Shown in pieces: positions 46,957 through 59,139 of a stretch of DNA of 64,000 bases. Location of the stretch: contig JAFTUO010000065.1 in assembly GCA_017466215.1 (NCBI GenBank), positions 544 to 64,543 of the forward strand, written 5' to 3'. The translations under genes were made by a program, and so were the position numbers. This DNA is from Oscillospiraceae bacterium (GTDB taxonomy: Bacteria > Bacillota > Clostridia > Oscillospirales > Oscillospiraceae). The notes beneath the pieces were generated by a model. That model saw only the letters and a program-made list of their open reading frames with translations. It was not told where the DNA came from and ran no database searches. Position 1 is the stretch's first letter; each line of letters begins with the position of its first letter.

Positions 46957-48237
46957 ATGAAAAGATTCCCTAAGCTGATCGCTGCACTTCTGCTGCTGGC
47001 TATGGTCATTGGCATTTTCTCCGCAATTCCCGTTTCCGCTGCTTCCGATTACGAGGCTTTGAGACTGAAGCGCGCGATGCTGGAAGTCGGTCACTACACC
47101 AGCAAGTCTTGTGATGGCGCAATCGAGAAGCACAGTGCCAACAAGAACTACGAAGAAGAAGTCGGCTGCCTGGTTGATAATGACAACAAGGGCGCCTATT
47201 GGAGCAAGCCCTACAAGTTCAGCGCTCTGGTTGACAACGGTGGTTCTACCGTTCCCGTCATTCTGATCGATCTGTCTTCCTTCAATGAAGGCGCCGGCGT
47301 TGCTGTCTCTGCCTTCGATATGAGACAGAGATCTGCTATGGACTGCGAGATCACCCACGTTGTGCTGCAGGCAACTCTTTCCGCTAATTCCACCGAGTGG
47401 GTTACCGTTGCAGATAAGAAGTTTACTGTTGCAGATTGGGACGCAAGCCCCAAGCAGCGCATTGAGTTCAATGAGGTCACCGCATTCAAGTTCCGTATTC
47501 TTGCTTATGACATTGCCGAGTGTGATGTCGCAGCCGACGATTACAATGACTATCAGGTTTGCCTGGGCGATGAGACCCGCTTCACTCTGTCTGAGATCGA
47601 CCTGCTGACTGCCAAGGAAGGCGGCTCTACTGGCGGTTCTACCGGCGGCTCTACTGGCGGCTCCAACAGCGGTTCCTCCAGTGGCTCTACCGGCGCTACC
47701 AGACCCGGCGGTATCCAGGTTCCCACCAGACCTGCTGCCACTACTGCCACTCAGGCTCCTACTCAGGCTCCTACTCAGGCTCCTACTAAGGCTCCCACCA
47801 CCGGCGGCAACCAGACTGCCACTAAGGCACCTACCCAGCCTGCTACTCAGGCTCCCACCACCGGCGGTAACCAGACTGCTACCCAGGCTCCAACTACCAA
47901 TGTAGCCACTACTGAGCCTACCGGTACTGTTGACCCCACCACCACCGAGCCCACCGGCACCGTAGATCCTACCACCACCGAGCCCACCGGCACCGTGGAT
48001 CCCAGCGCTCCCACCGATGAGGTCACTGAGCCCGTGACCGAGCCCGTTACCGAGCCCGTTACTGAGCCCGAGACCGAGCCCACCACCGAGCCTCAGGATA
48101 CCACCGGCACCACCGACAACGGCGGCGCAGAAGAGCCCAAGGACTTCCCCTGGATCATCATTGTTGCCATCGTTGCTGTAGCAGCAATCGCCGGCGGCGC
48201 TGTATTCTTCATCATCAAGAAGAAAAAACAGGGTTAA
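46957..48237 (+). CDS. Surface protein, paralogue of 45649..46836
   Basis: Shared motifs YWSK.Y.F, VP.ILID, LQATLS..S.EWV, F.EVTA.K.RIL.YDI, TR..LSEI.LL; GGST, QAPT, TTEPTGTVDP, EPVT repeats; TM + KKKK. Confidence 0.8.
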   Translation: MKRFPKLIAALLLLAMVIGIFSAIPVSAASDYEALRLKRAMLEVGHYTSKSCDGAIEKHSANKNYEEEVGCLVDNDNKGAYWSKPYKFSALVDNGGSTVPVILIDLSSFNEGAGVAVSAFDMRQRSAMDCEITHVVLQATLSANSTEWVTVADKKFTVADWDASPKQRIEFNEVTAFKFRILAYDIAECDVAADDYNDYQVCLGDETRFTLSEIDLLTAKEGGSTGGSTGGSTGGSNSGSSSGSTGATRPGGIQVPTRPAATTATQAPTQAPTQAPTKAPTTGGNQTATKAPTQPATQAPTTGGNQTATQAPTTNVATTEPTGTVDPTTTEPTGTVDPTTTEPTGTVDPSAPTDEVTEPVTEPVTEPVTEPETEPTTEPQDTTGTTDNGGAEEPKDFPWIIIVAIVAVAAIAGGAVFFIIKKKKQG

Positions 48238-48249
48238 TAATCCGTAAAT

Positions 48250-48285
48250 AATGCAGGGATGTGCATTGCGCATCCCTGCATTTTG
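48250..48285 (+). terminator. Intrinsic terminator
   Basis: aatgcagggatg...catccctgcatt + T run. Confidence 0.75.
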
Positions 48286-48437
48286 CATACTCTGAAATTT
48301 GCCTGCAGAAAAGCTGGGAAAAAGCATAAATTTCACAAAATAAGGGTTGCAATTTCTTGCAGGATATGTTATTTTTTACTATGGAGACCAAATTCCTTCC
48401 AGAGGGAAACTCTGGAAAATCTTAAGGAGGTTTTTAC

Positions 48438-51400
48438 ATGAAGAAGTTCACCAAGTTTCTCGGTATCTTCCTGGCTCTGTCGCTGGTAATCGGCTTGATT
48501 CCCGTCGTCGGCGCCGCTGAGACCGAGGGCACCGCTCCTGCTGCACCCACCGGTGCGATCCTGCAGGGCACAACCTACGAGGCTGTCTCTAATACCAGAA
48601 TCGAGACCCTCTTCGGCTTCTACGAAGACGGTACCGGTGATGATGAAGACACCTTTATGGATTGTCAGGATGGCGCTTGCGTAACCAATGGCTGGTATGG
48701 CCAGGCTGGTTACTCCGAGTGCACCTCTGACGATGGCCTGATCGCCCTCGTTATGATGGTTGATGATTTTGTCAACCTGGGTGCTATCGAAATCGTCTGC
48801 AAGGATGCCGATCATGCAGCTGCAAAGTTTGACATCCAGGTTATCGGCGATTCCGACTGGGAAACTGTTGTTTCCGTCGATGCCAATCCTTTCACCGACA
48901 GCCTGACCAAGACCTACACCTTCGATGCTGTTGAGACGGATACCGTCCGTATCCTGATCCACGAGGTTGCCACCAACGATCAGTGCTACTTCAACGAAGT
49001 CACTCTGTTCGAGGCTACCACCGGCGATATGAAGACTGTTCTGGATCTGAACGGCCTGGCTACCGCTGGCGACGGTAACAACGGTGACAACAATTCTCTG
49101 ATTGACGGTGACAAGGCTACCTACTTCACCGGTTCCAATGTTACCGTTACTCTGCCTGAGGCCACTGCTATTGACGGTTTCAATCTGTTCAACTTCCGTG
49201 GCGACAGAACCTTACCCACCAATGTAACGATTGCCATCCAGAAGACTGAGGGCGGCGAGTTTGAGACCATCGGTACATATGCTACCGGCTGGAGCAACAC
49301 CAAGCCTCTGGATCCTCTGTACGTAACCTTCGACCAGACTCTTATGGCTTACGCCATTAAGGTTACCGTTGATGTCTGGGGTTACACCAATGATATTGAG
49401 TTCTGGCAGTATCAGCGCGAGGCTGAGCCCGAGGCAACTGAGCCCGAGACCGAGCCCGCAGCTCCCACCTACGAGCTGACCACCGGCGCTCCCACTACTG
49501 GCGTTGCTTACAAGTGGGCTGCCAATACCGGCGATGCTCAGGGCATCCTGACCTTCATCGGCACCACCGCTAACAAGAATTACTATCTGTCCACCTCTAC
49601 CACTATGACCGAGGGCGTTGACGTTTATGTTGAGACCGTCGAGGGTGGCTACCAGATGTACTTTATGAACGGTGAGACCAAGACTTACATTGACATTTAC
49701 AAGAGCGGTTCTTACGTCAATGCCCGTCTGACCGATGCTCCCACTGCTGTGTTCACCTGGAACAGCGACTACAATACCTTCGTTGCTGATATCAACGGTA
49801 CTGATTACTATCTGGGTACTTACACCAATAGCAGCGGTACTACCTTCACCACTCTGAGCGCATCCAAGCTGAGCTATATGAACGTCAATAACGTTGATGT
49901 TACTCAGTTCCCCGCTCGCTTCTATGCTGAGGTTACCGCAGTTGATCCCGAGCCCACTGAGGAGCCCACTCCCGCTCCCACTGAGGAGCCCACTCCCGCT
50001 CCCACTGAGGAGCCCACTCCCGCTCCCACTGAGGCTCCCGCTCCCGAGTACACCTGGATCGACCTGATCACTGAGTCCGAGCTGACTCCCAAGGTTGGTT
50101 ACTACAACGAGGGCGATTACACCACTCTGACCGACATCAACAATGGCGAGTCTCCTCTGCTGACCGATGCCAGAGTTTCCTCCGGTTGTTGGGTAAACGG
50201 CAACACCTTCCCCGTACCCAGCGGCAAGGTTCCCGCTGCTGTTGTCGAGGTTGATGGCACCAAGATTTTCGCTGGTGTTGATATCTGCTGCAAGCCCGGT
50301 CAGGAACTGACGGACTTTGTCATTGAGGTTCTGAACACCAATGGCGAGTGGGTTACCGTTAACACCACCACCGGCAATACCGAGACCGATGTTAAGATCG
50401 CCTTTGACACCGCTGTTGAGGGTACTGCTGTTCGTATGATCATCAATGCCTGGAACGGCGAGCATCCTATGGTTCAGGAACTGTGGATCTACGAAGGCCT
50501 GAACACTGACGCTCTGGTGCAGATCCCTGTTACCAATGTTACTGCCAGCCAGAACCCCGTCAGGGAAGATCAGGGTATCGAGAATGTTGTCGACGGTAAG
50601 GGCTATACCTATTACCAGATCGGCACCGACAATATGCCCGTTGCCATCAACTTTGACACCACCAATGCTGACGGCTCTGCTACCAATGTCAGCAGAATGA
50701 GAATCTATGCATTCAACAACTCCAAGCAGGCTGCTAAGGATATCGTTGTTGATGTTAAGACCTCTAACGAGCCCGAAACTTGGGAGACCGTTTACACCGG
50801 CGTTGCTTACGAAGTAGGCCACACCGATACCTTCGTTCTGGACTTCGGTGCTACTTACGCTGCATTTGATGTTCGTCTGACCATCAATACTGTTACCAAT
50901 GACAACCTGGTTCTGACCGAGGTTGAGCTGTTCGGCGACGGCGCCACTCTGGAGCCTCCCGTTGTAACTCCCACCGAGCCCACTGAGCCCGAGGCAACTG
51001 AGCCCGAGGCTACCGAGCCTGAGGCTACCGAGCCTGAGGCTACCGAGCCCGAAGCTACCGAGCCCGAAGCTACCGAGCCCGAAGCTACCGAGCCCGAGGC
51101 AACTGAGCCCGCTGCTGAGGCTCTGCCCGAAGCTCCCGTTGTCGTCCCCGGCACCACCACCATCGCTGGCGGCGTTGTCAAGGAAGGCAGCGTCTACAAG
51201 CTGGTTTCCACCAAGAAGATCACCACCGGCTTCGGCTATTACGATGCCAACGGCACATTCATTGACAAGAACGATGGCGTTTGCGTAACTGACGGCTGGT
51301 ATGGCCGTTCCGGTTACTCCGAGTGCACCACCGCTGATGGCCAGATGGCTCTGATTATGACTCTGGACGAGGTTATGAACATTGGCCGCGTTGAGATCGT

Positions 51401-52847
51401 TGCCAGAACCGTCAATGGTGCTGCTGACAACCGTCCTGTTGACTTTGAGATCCAGGCTCTGGTTGATGGCGATTGGGTCACCGTTACTGATGTCAACGAG
51501 GATCCCTTCACCAACGGTATGACCGTTGCTTACACCTTCCCCGCAGTTGCTACCAACCAGGTCCGCATTCTGATCAATGCTGTTGTCGTTCCCACTAACC
51601 AGTGCCACCTGAATGAGGTTGAGCTGTACGAGGTTACCACCGGTAAGCTGTACAACGACATCGACCTGACTGGCAAGATCGCTGCTACCGACGCTCACGA
51701 GAGCGCTCCCGGTAACCAGCTGATCGACGGCGACAAGGATAAGTATTTCCTGGGCGCTAACGTTACCTTCAACCTGACCGACGCTGATGGCAACCCCACC
51801 TCCGTTGACGGCTTCAGACTGTTCCACTACCGTGGTGGTTCTGCATTCGCTTCCAACGTTTCCGTCCTGGTTCAGACCACTCCCGGCGGCGAGTTTGTTG
51901 CTCTGGACACCTTCGCTACCAACTGGATGAACGGCGTACCTCAGGATCAGGTTATCGTTGAGTTTGCTGAGACCGTTGTTGCTTATGGCCTGCAGGTGAA
52001 CCTGGATAACTACAGCTACGCTAACGAGCTGGAGCTGTTCCAGTTCCAGAAGGACGCTGCTCCCGTTGAGCCCACCGATCCCACCACTCCCACTGAGCCT
52101 GAGACTCCCACCGAGCCCGAGACTCCCACTGAGCCCGAGACTCCCACTGAGCCCGAGACTCCCACTGAGCCCGAGACTCCCACTGAGCCCGAGACTCCCA
52201 CCGAGCCCGGCGACGATCCCATCGTACCCGGCGAGGATCTGGATCTGACTGAGCTGGAAGCTACCTTCGCTCTGCTCGAAAATCTGGATCCCGCGGATTA
52301 CACCGAGGATTCCGCCCTGGCTGTTGACGAAGCTATTGCATATGCAATGCTGATTATGATGCTCGAAGACTGCACTCAGGACATGATTGACGAGGCCAAT
52401 GCAATGCTGCTCGAGGCTATCAACAATCTGGTTCCCATCGAAGAGCCCGGTGAGGATCTGCCCGAGGTTCCCGAGCTGCCCGGTCTGACTGTTGACGTCT
52501 CGGAGCTGCAGGCTACCATCGACCTGATCCACGCTCTGAATCCCAACGATTACACCGCAGAGTCCTATATGGATCTTGTTAACACCGTTAAGAAGGTCAA
52601 TCTGATCATTGCTGGCGGCAACTACACCCAGGAGCTGATCGACGATGCTAACGCAAAGCTGGTCGCTGCTCTGGATGCTCTGGTTGAGATCGACGGCGGC
52701 AGCAGCGATGTTCCCGGCGGCGATAACACTGGCGATGACGATCTGCCTGCAGATACCGGCGATGTTATGCTGACTGTTCTGTCCAGCATGATGACCCTGT
52801 CTGCTATCGGCGGCGCTGTTGTCGTTGGCAAGAAGAAGTTCTTCTAA
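48438..52847 (+). CDS. Large acidic multidomain surface protein (repeated discoidin/CBM32-like modules, FIVAR-like repeats, sortase-like anchor)
   Basis: 1469 aa; signal peptide; LIDGD..TY, FDIQ..DWETV, VRILI, NEVELY motifs repeated; DYT.ES helical repeats; LPADTG + hydrophobic + KKKFF tail. Confidence 0.8.
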   Translation: MKKFTKFLGIFLALSLVIGLIPVVGAAETEGTAPAAPTGAILQGTTYEAVSNTRIETLFGFYEDGTGDDEDTFMDCQDGACVTNGWYGQAGYSECTSDDGLIALVMMVDDFVNLGAIEIVCKDADHAAAKFDIQVIGDSDWETVVSVDANPFTDSLTKTYTFDAVETDTVRILIHEVATNDQCYFNEVTLFEATTGDMKTVLDLNGLATAGDGNNGDNNSLIDGDKATYFTGSNVTVTLPEATAIDGFNLFNFRGDRTLPTNVTIAIQKTEGGEFETIGTYATGWSNTKPLDPLYVTFDQTLMAYAIKVTVDVWGYTNDIEFWQYQREAEPEATEPETEPAAPTYELTTGAPTTGVAYKWAANTGDAQGILTFIGTTANKNYYLSTSTTMTEGVDVYVETVEGGYQMYFMNGETKTYIDIYKSGSYVNARLTDAPTAVFTWNSDYNTFVADINGTDYYLGTYTNSSGTTFTTLSASKLSYMNVNNVDVTQFPARFYAEVTAVDPEPTEEPTPAPTEEPTPAPTEEPTPAPTEAPAPEYTWIDLITESELTPKVGYYNEGDYTTLTDINNGESPLLTDARVSSGCWVNGNTFPVPSGKVPAAVVEVDGTKIFAGVDICCKPGQELTDFVIEVLNTNGEWVTVNTTTGNTETDVKIAFDTAVEGTAVRMIINAWNGEHPMVQELWIYEGLNTDALVQIPVTNVTASQNPVREDQGIENVVDGKGYTYYQIGTDNMPVAINFDTTNADGSATNVSRMRIYAFNNSKQAAKDIVVDVKTSNEPETWETVYTGVAYEVGHTDTFVLDFGATYAAFDVRLTINTVTNDNLVLTEVELFGDGATLEPPVVTPTEPTEPEATEPEATEPEATEPEATEPEATEPEATEPEATEPEATEPAAEALPEAPVVVPGTTTIAGGVVKEGSVYKLVSTKKITTGFGYYDANGTFIDKNDGVCVTDGWYGRSGYSECTTADGQMALIMTLDEVMNIGRVEIVARTVNGAADNRPVDFEIQALVDGDWVTVTDVNEDPFTNGMTVAYTFPAVATNQVRILINAVVVPTNQCHLNEVELYEVTTGKLYNDIDLTGKIAATDAHESAPGNQLIDGDKDKYFLGANVTFNLTDADGNPTSVDGFRLFHYRGGSAFASNVSVLVQTTPGGEFVALDTFATNWMNGVPQDQVIVEFAETVVAYGLQVNLDNYSYANELELFQFQKDAAPVEPTDPTTPTEPETPTEPETPTEPETPTEPETPTEPETPTEPETPTEPGDDPIVPGEDLDLTELEATFALLENLDPADYTEDSALAVDEAIAYAMLIMMLEDCTQDMIDEANAMLLEAINNLVPIEEPGEDLPEVPELPGLTVDVSELQATIDLIHALNPNDYTAESYMDLVNTVKKVNLIIAGGNYTQELIDDANAKLVAALDALVEIDGGSSDVPGGDNTGDDDLPADTGDVMLTVLSSMMTLSAIGGAVVVGKKKFF
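49953..50024 (+). repeat. 24-bp tandem repeat x3 (PTEEPTPA)
   Basis: cccactgaggagcccactcccgct, three perfect copies. Confidence 0.9.
50985..51104 (+). repeat. 15-bp tandem repeat x8 (EPEAT)
   Basis: gagcc(c/t)ga(g/a)gc(a/t)ac(t/c) units. Confidence 0.9.
52089..52196 (+). repeat. 18-bp tandem repeat x6 (PTEPET)
   Basis: cccac(t/c)gagcc(c/t)gagact units. Confidence 0.9.
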
Positions 52848-52868
52848 TAAACTTCCTTAATTAAAAAT

Positions 52869-52943
52869 GCGGCAGGCGGTTTACCGCCTGCCGTTATTTT
52901 ATATTTGACGCAATTAAAGCCTCTTCATTTGAAGAGGCTTTAA
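52869..52943. terminator. Pair of terminator hairpins between convergent genes
   Basis: cggcaggcggt-tt-accgcctgccg + T run; ttaaagcctcttca-tt-tgaagaggctttaa. Confidence 0.75.
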
Positions 52944-52945
52944 TA

Positions 52946-53512
52946 TTATATTTGTGCGCCGGTTTCCCGGAGTTTATTGCGAATGGAAAGCAGATCCTGG
53001 AAGGTCTCCGGGCGCTTTGTTACGTCCCGGAGCAGGGCAGAGGGATGATATATGGCAGTGGTCCAGATGCCGTCCAGCTGCACCCATTGGCCGTGTTCCC
53101 GGGTGATACGGTAGTCCGGCCGGATCAGCCGCGTTGCTGCGATCCTGCCAAGGCATACGATGATCTTTGGCTGCAACAGCGCGATCTGATTTTGCAAAAA
53201 TTCGATGCAGGCGTCCTGCTCCGTTTCCAGCGGATCCCGATTGTGAGGTGGCCGGCACTTGACAATATTGGCAATGTAGCAATTCTTCTTGCGATCAAGA
53301 TCAATGATGGACAGCATATCATCCAGCAGTTTGCCGGCAGGGCCGACAAAGGGTTGGCCCTGAATATCCTCCTGCTCTCCCGGACCTTCACCGATGAAGA
53401 GAATATCGGCATTCCGGTTTCCGACGCCAAATACCACGTTTTTCCGGGTCTCACACAGACCACAGCGGGTGCAGCATTGGCAGGAAAGCTGCAATTCTTC
53501 CCAGTTCATCAT
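52946..53512 (-). CDS. udg: Uracil-DNA glycosylase family 4 (4Fe-4S)
   Basis: C..C.L, IGEGPG..ED..G.PFVG.AG, NIVKCRPP.NRDP, YHPSALLR. Confidence 0.93.
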   Translation of the reverse strand: MMNWEELQLSCQCCTRCGLCETRKNVVFGVGNRNADILFIGEGPGEQEDIQGQPFVGPAGKLLDDMLSIIDLDRKKNCYIANIVKCRPPHNRDPLETEQDACIEFLQNQIALLQPKIIVCLGRIAATRLIRPDYRITREHGQWVQLDGIWTTAIYHPSALLRDVTKRPETFQDLLSIRNKLRETGAQI

Positions 53513-54936
53513 CAGTAGTTCCTCCGGCGATTCATTCTTCTGCGGCGGCGCTTGGCCCGCATTGCGGCGATCCGCACAGTACGGATAGCGAACAGCACGG
53601 CGAAGCCCAGCACCAGGATGCCCAGCAGAATGCCCGCAATGATGGCGATCAGCTTACCGGCGCTGTCCTCGTGGAGAATTGCCGGCATATCCGGCTCAGC
53701 TTGGGGAACATAGACATCCACGGCGTTCATTGCCAGAAGATCCGTCTGAGCGATACAAAGATCGCCGTACCAGACTTCCACGTGGGTGATTTTTTGGCCG
53801 GCCTGCACCGGTGCGGTGATCGTGCCAACATTGTCAGGATACACCCAGCGCAGCTGCTCCGGTGTCAGCTCAATGGGGAGGATGGCGTAGGCTTCCGATG
53901 CCGGTGTCGTAACCAGATTGTTGCTGCCATTTACCACCGTATACTGTGAGAATGTTTGATTTTCGTGGAAAACCTGGCGATATTCGAACTTTCCGCAGGC
54001 GTAATCCAAAAGCGCTTTCATTTCTTCAAAGCTGCCGAAGGCTTCCAAAATGTTGGGGTCTTCTTCGTTGTATACAGCTTCAGCACCCATAACCACGGCC
54101 AGCAGCTCCATACCGCCGTCTTCCGCGGTAACGGCCAGGCACCTGCCGTTTGCACCGTCTGTGCCGGTCTTGCCGCCGGTTACACGCTCGTCGTAATAGC
54201 GCTTGGTATAGTCATTGCTCATCATCCAGTTTGTGGTCAGGACATGGCGCGCTTCGGCTTTGTTGGTGGCAGGAACGGTGTAGGTATCTGCAGTGAAGAT
54301 CTTGACAAATTGTTCGTTCTCCAGAGCAGTATCAATGATGCGGCAAATGTCTCTTGCGGTGGAGTAGGCGTTCTCGTCATAAAGACCGTGGGCGTTGGTG
54401 AAGTGAGTGCCGGTGCAGCCCATTTCCGTTGCCCGTTGGTTCATTTTTTCCACAAATGCGGCTTGGCTGCCGGAGATCAGCTCTGCAAGAACGGCAGCGG
54501 AGTCACTGTCCGACGCGGCTACCATACAGTGCAGCAGCGCCTCGACGCTGACTTCCTCGCCGGCACTGAAGCGGGGCTTTACAGACACAACGCCGATGCC
54601 TACATCGTTCAGCGCGGCGCGGCTGACCGTTGCCATTGTGTTCATATCCAGGCTTTCAATGGCGATCAGCGCGGTCATCAGCTTGGCCATACTGGAGGGA
54701 TCGACCTTTTTATCCGGCTCGTAGGTGTAGATCATCGTGTCGCTGTTGCGCTCGTAAAGCACAACGGCCTTGGCGGTGTCCAGCATTTTTACGCTGCCAT
54801 CGAGAGGTTTCTGGGCGTCTACACTATGGCTGCCGCTGCCGACCGAAGCATCCGGCTGTGCCAGAACCGCACCGGACAATATGGATATAAAGAGCGCAAG
54901 GCTCATAAAAAGACAAATTACTCTGACTTTTTTCAT
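53512..54936 (-). CDS. D-alanyl-D-alanine carboxypeptidase (peptidase S11) with C-terminal TM
   Basis: PSSMAKLMT (SxxK), F.NAHGL, STARD, GGKTG, APV..GQ C-domain. Confidence 0.9.
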   Translation of the reverse strand: MKKVRVICLFMSLALFISILSGAVLAQPDASVGSGSHSVDAQKPLDGSVKMLDTAKAVVLYERNSDTMIYTYEPDKKVDPSSMAKLMTALIAIESLDMNTMATVSRAALNDVGIGVVSVKPRFSAGEEVSVEALLHCMVAASDSDSAAVLAELISGSQAAFVEKMNQRATEMGCTGTHFTNAHGLYDENAYSTARDICRIIDTALENEQFVKIFTADTYTVPATNKAEARHVLTTNWMMSNDYTKRYYDERVTGGKTGTDGANGRCLAVTAEDGGMELLAVVMGAEAVYNEEDPNILEAFGSFEEMKALLDYACGKFEYRQVFHENQTFSQYTVVNGSNNLVTTPASEAYAILPIELTPEQLRWVYPDNVGTITAPVQAGQKITHVEVWYGDLCIAQTDLLAMNAVDVYVPQAEPDMPAILHEDSAGKLIAIIAGILLGILVLGFAVLFAIRTVRIAAMRAKRRRRRMNRRRNY

Positions 54937-55039
54937 ATTTCTACCTCAATATCTGTTCGCCGGACTTGTCCGGAGGGGAATTATTGTGTATTATTATATC
55001 AGTTTATCGTATCTTAGTCAATGCAGGAGGAGGGGCAAT

Positions 55040-55384
55040 ATGAAAAATCAAGGCGTAATGATTCTGCTGATCGTGATGATCATATTTCTTTCCATACTGA
55101 TCGGTTTCTTCCTGGGCCGGAATATTGGCAGTTCGCCCATCCATATCTCGAAGCTGCCAGATGCAACGTCTGCAAGCACAGCCCAATCGGAGGATAAGAT
55201 AAATATCAACATCGCGGATCTGGACGACCTGCAGAAAATTCCCGGTATTGGTATGATACTGGCACAGCGGATCATTGACTATCGGGATGCCAACGGGCCA
55301 TTTGAAACCGTTTCTGAATTGACAAAGGTGAATGGCATCGGCCTGGACCGGCTGACTCGGATGATGGACTATATTACAGTGTGA
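55040..55384 (+). CDS. comEA: ComEA-type helix-hairpin-helix DNA-binding protein (short form)
   Basis: N-terminal TM; KININ.A...L..IPGIG..LA.RII.YR..NGPF....L..V.GIG; GGAGGAGG RBS. Confidence 0.88.
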   Translation: MKNQGVMILLIVMIIFLSILIGFFLGRNIGSSPIHISKLPDATSASTAQSEDKININIADLDDLQKIPGIGMILAQRIIDYRDANGPFETVSELTKVNGIGLDRLTRMMDYITV

Positions 55385-55395
55385 GGATTGTTACG

Positions 55396-56151
55396 ATGAA
55401 ATTTGTTTCGTGGAATGTGAACGGCCTGCGCGCCTGCGTGCAGAAAGGCTTTCTGGAGCGGTTTAACGAACTGGATGCAGACTTTTTCTGTCTCCAGGAG
55501 ACCAAGCTGCAGGAGGGGCAGATCGACCTTGACCTGCCCGGATATCAGCAGTATTGGTGCTATGCTGAGAAGAAGGGCTATTCCGGTACTGCCGTTTTTA
55601 CAAAGCATACGCCCATATCTGTTACCCGGGGCATTGGGGTAGAGGAACTGGATAATGAGGGCCGGGTGCTTTGTCTGGAATACGAGAAATTCTTCCTGGT
55701 TTGCTGCTATACGCCAAATGCTCAGCGGGAGCTGGCACGGATCGACCACCGGATGCGTTGGGATGAGGCATTTCGTGATTTTTTGCACAAGCTTGATCAG
55801 AAGAAACCTGTGGTCATTTGCGGCGATCTGAATGTGGCGCACAATGAGATCGACCTGAAAAATCCCAAGTCCAACCGAGGCAACGCCGGCTTCTCTGACG
55901 AGGAGCGGGAAAGCTTCACCAAGACCCTGAATTTGGGCTTTACGGACACGTTCCGCTACCTGCATCCCGATGCAACGGATGCCTATACCTGGTGGAGCTA
56001 TATGTTTAATGCCCGCAAGAACAACGCCGGATGGCGCATCGACTATTTCCTGGTATCGGAACGAATTAAGGAATCCGTCGAACAGACACCGATCTATTCT
56101 GATATTTTGGGATCTGATCACTGTCCTGTTGGCTTAATTTTGGGAATTTAG
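55396..56151 (+). CDS. exoA: Exodeoxyribonuclease III / AP endonuclease
   Basis: SWNVNGLRA, LQETK, GDLNVAH, GWRIDY, SDHCP. Confidence 0.96.
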   Translation: MKFVSWNVNGLRACVQKGFLERFNELDADFFCLQETKLQEGQIDLDLPGYQQYWCYAEKKGYSGTAVFTKHTPISVTRGIGVEELDNEGRVLCLEYEKFFLVCCYTPNAQRELARIDHRMRWDEAFRDFLHKLDQKKPVVICGDLNVAHNEIDLKNPKSNRGNAGFSDEERESFTKTLNLGFTDTFRYLHPDATDAYTWWSYMFNARKNNAGWRIDYFLVSERIKESVEQTPIYSDILGSDHCPVGLILGI

Positions 56152-56179
56152 TTGACATTTTTGCAGTTTATGGTACAAT
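56152..56179 (+). promoter_or_regulatory. SigA-type promoter of alaS leader
   Basis: TTGACA-N16-TACAAT with TG extension. Confidence 0.7.
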
Positions 56180-56192
56180 AAGCTCGATATGC

Positions 56193-56410
56193 AAAGACTG
56201 TGCGAAAACCAAGCGCCTTTGGACGATCTCAGCGAGAGGGGATACGGTGTGAGCCCCTTGTGAAGCCGCGGTGCAAGCCATTTTCGTGTCGCCCGGGATG
56301 ACCGGGACGGGCGCTCCCGTTACAGAGCAGCTAAGATGTCCCATATGGGATAATTAGGGTGGTACCGCGATTCAACTCGCCCCTATGCAAGTAGGGGCGA
56401 GTTTTATTTT
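56193..56410 (+). ncRNA. T-box riboswitch (Ala specifier) upstream of alaS
   Basis: AG box CAGCGAGA, GGTGTGAG loop, GCC specifier at 56277-56279, AGGGTGGTACCGCG T-box, terminator actcgccccta...taggggcgagt + T run. Confidence 0.9.
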
Positions 56411-56435
56411 GTATTATTTTATGGAGGTTTTTCCT

Positions 56436-59081
<2,646 letters not shown>

Positions 59082-59087
59082 TCACAT

Positions 59088-59118
59088 TAGGGCGCTGCGC
59101 AAAGCAGCGCCCTTTTTT
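59088..59118 (+). terminator. Intrinsic terminator after alaS
   Basis: agggcgctgc-gcaaa-gcagcgccct + T run. Confidence 0.85.
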
Positions 59119-59139
59119 AGAGGGGAAGGGAGCAGCCGA

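Noticed and set aside
49212-52532. 1106-aa antisense ORF (also 480..2183, 18757..21309, 42054..44306, 56331..58745)
   Set aside because: Shadow frames exactly opposite strongly codon-biased genes; no RBS or recognisable motifs.
45261-52847. Surface-protein cluster as a tRNA-integrated genomic island
   Set aside because: The att-like repeat closes at ~45484, before the genes; no integrase and no further att copy seen downstream.
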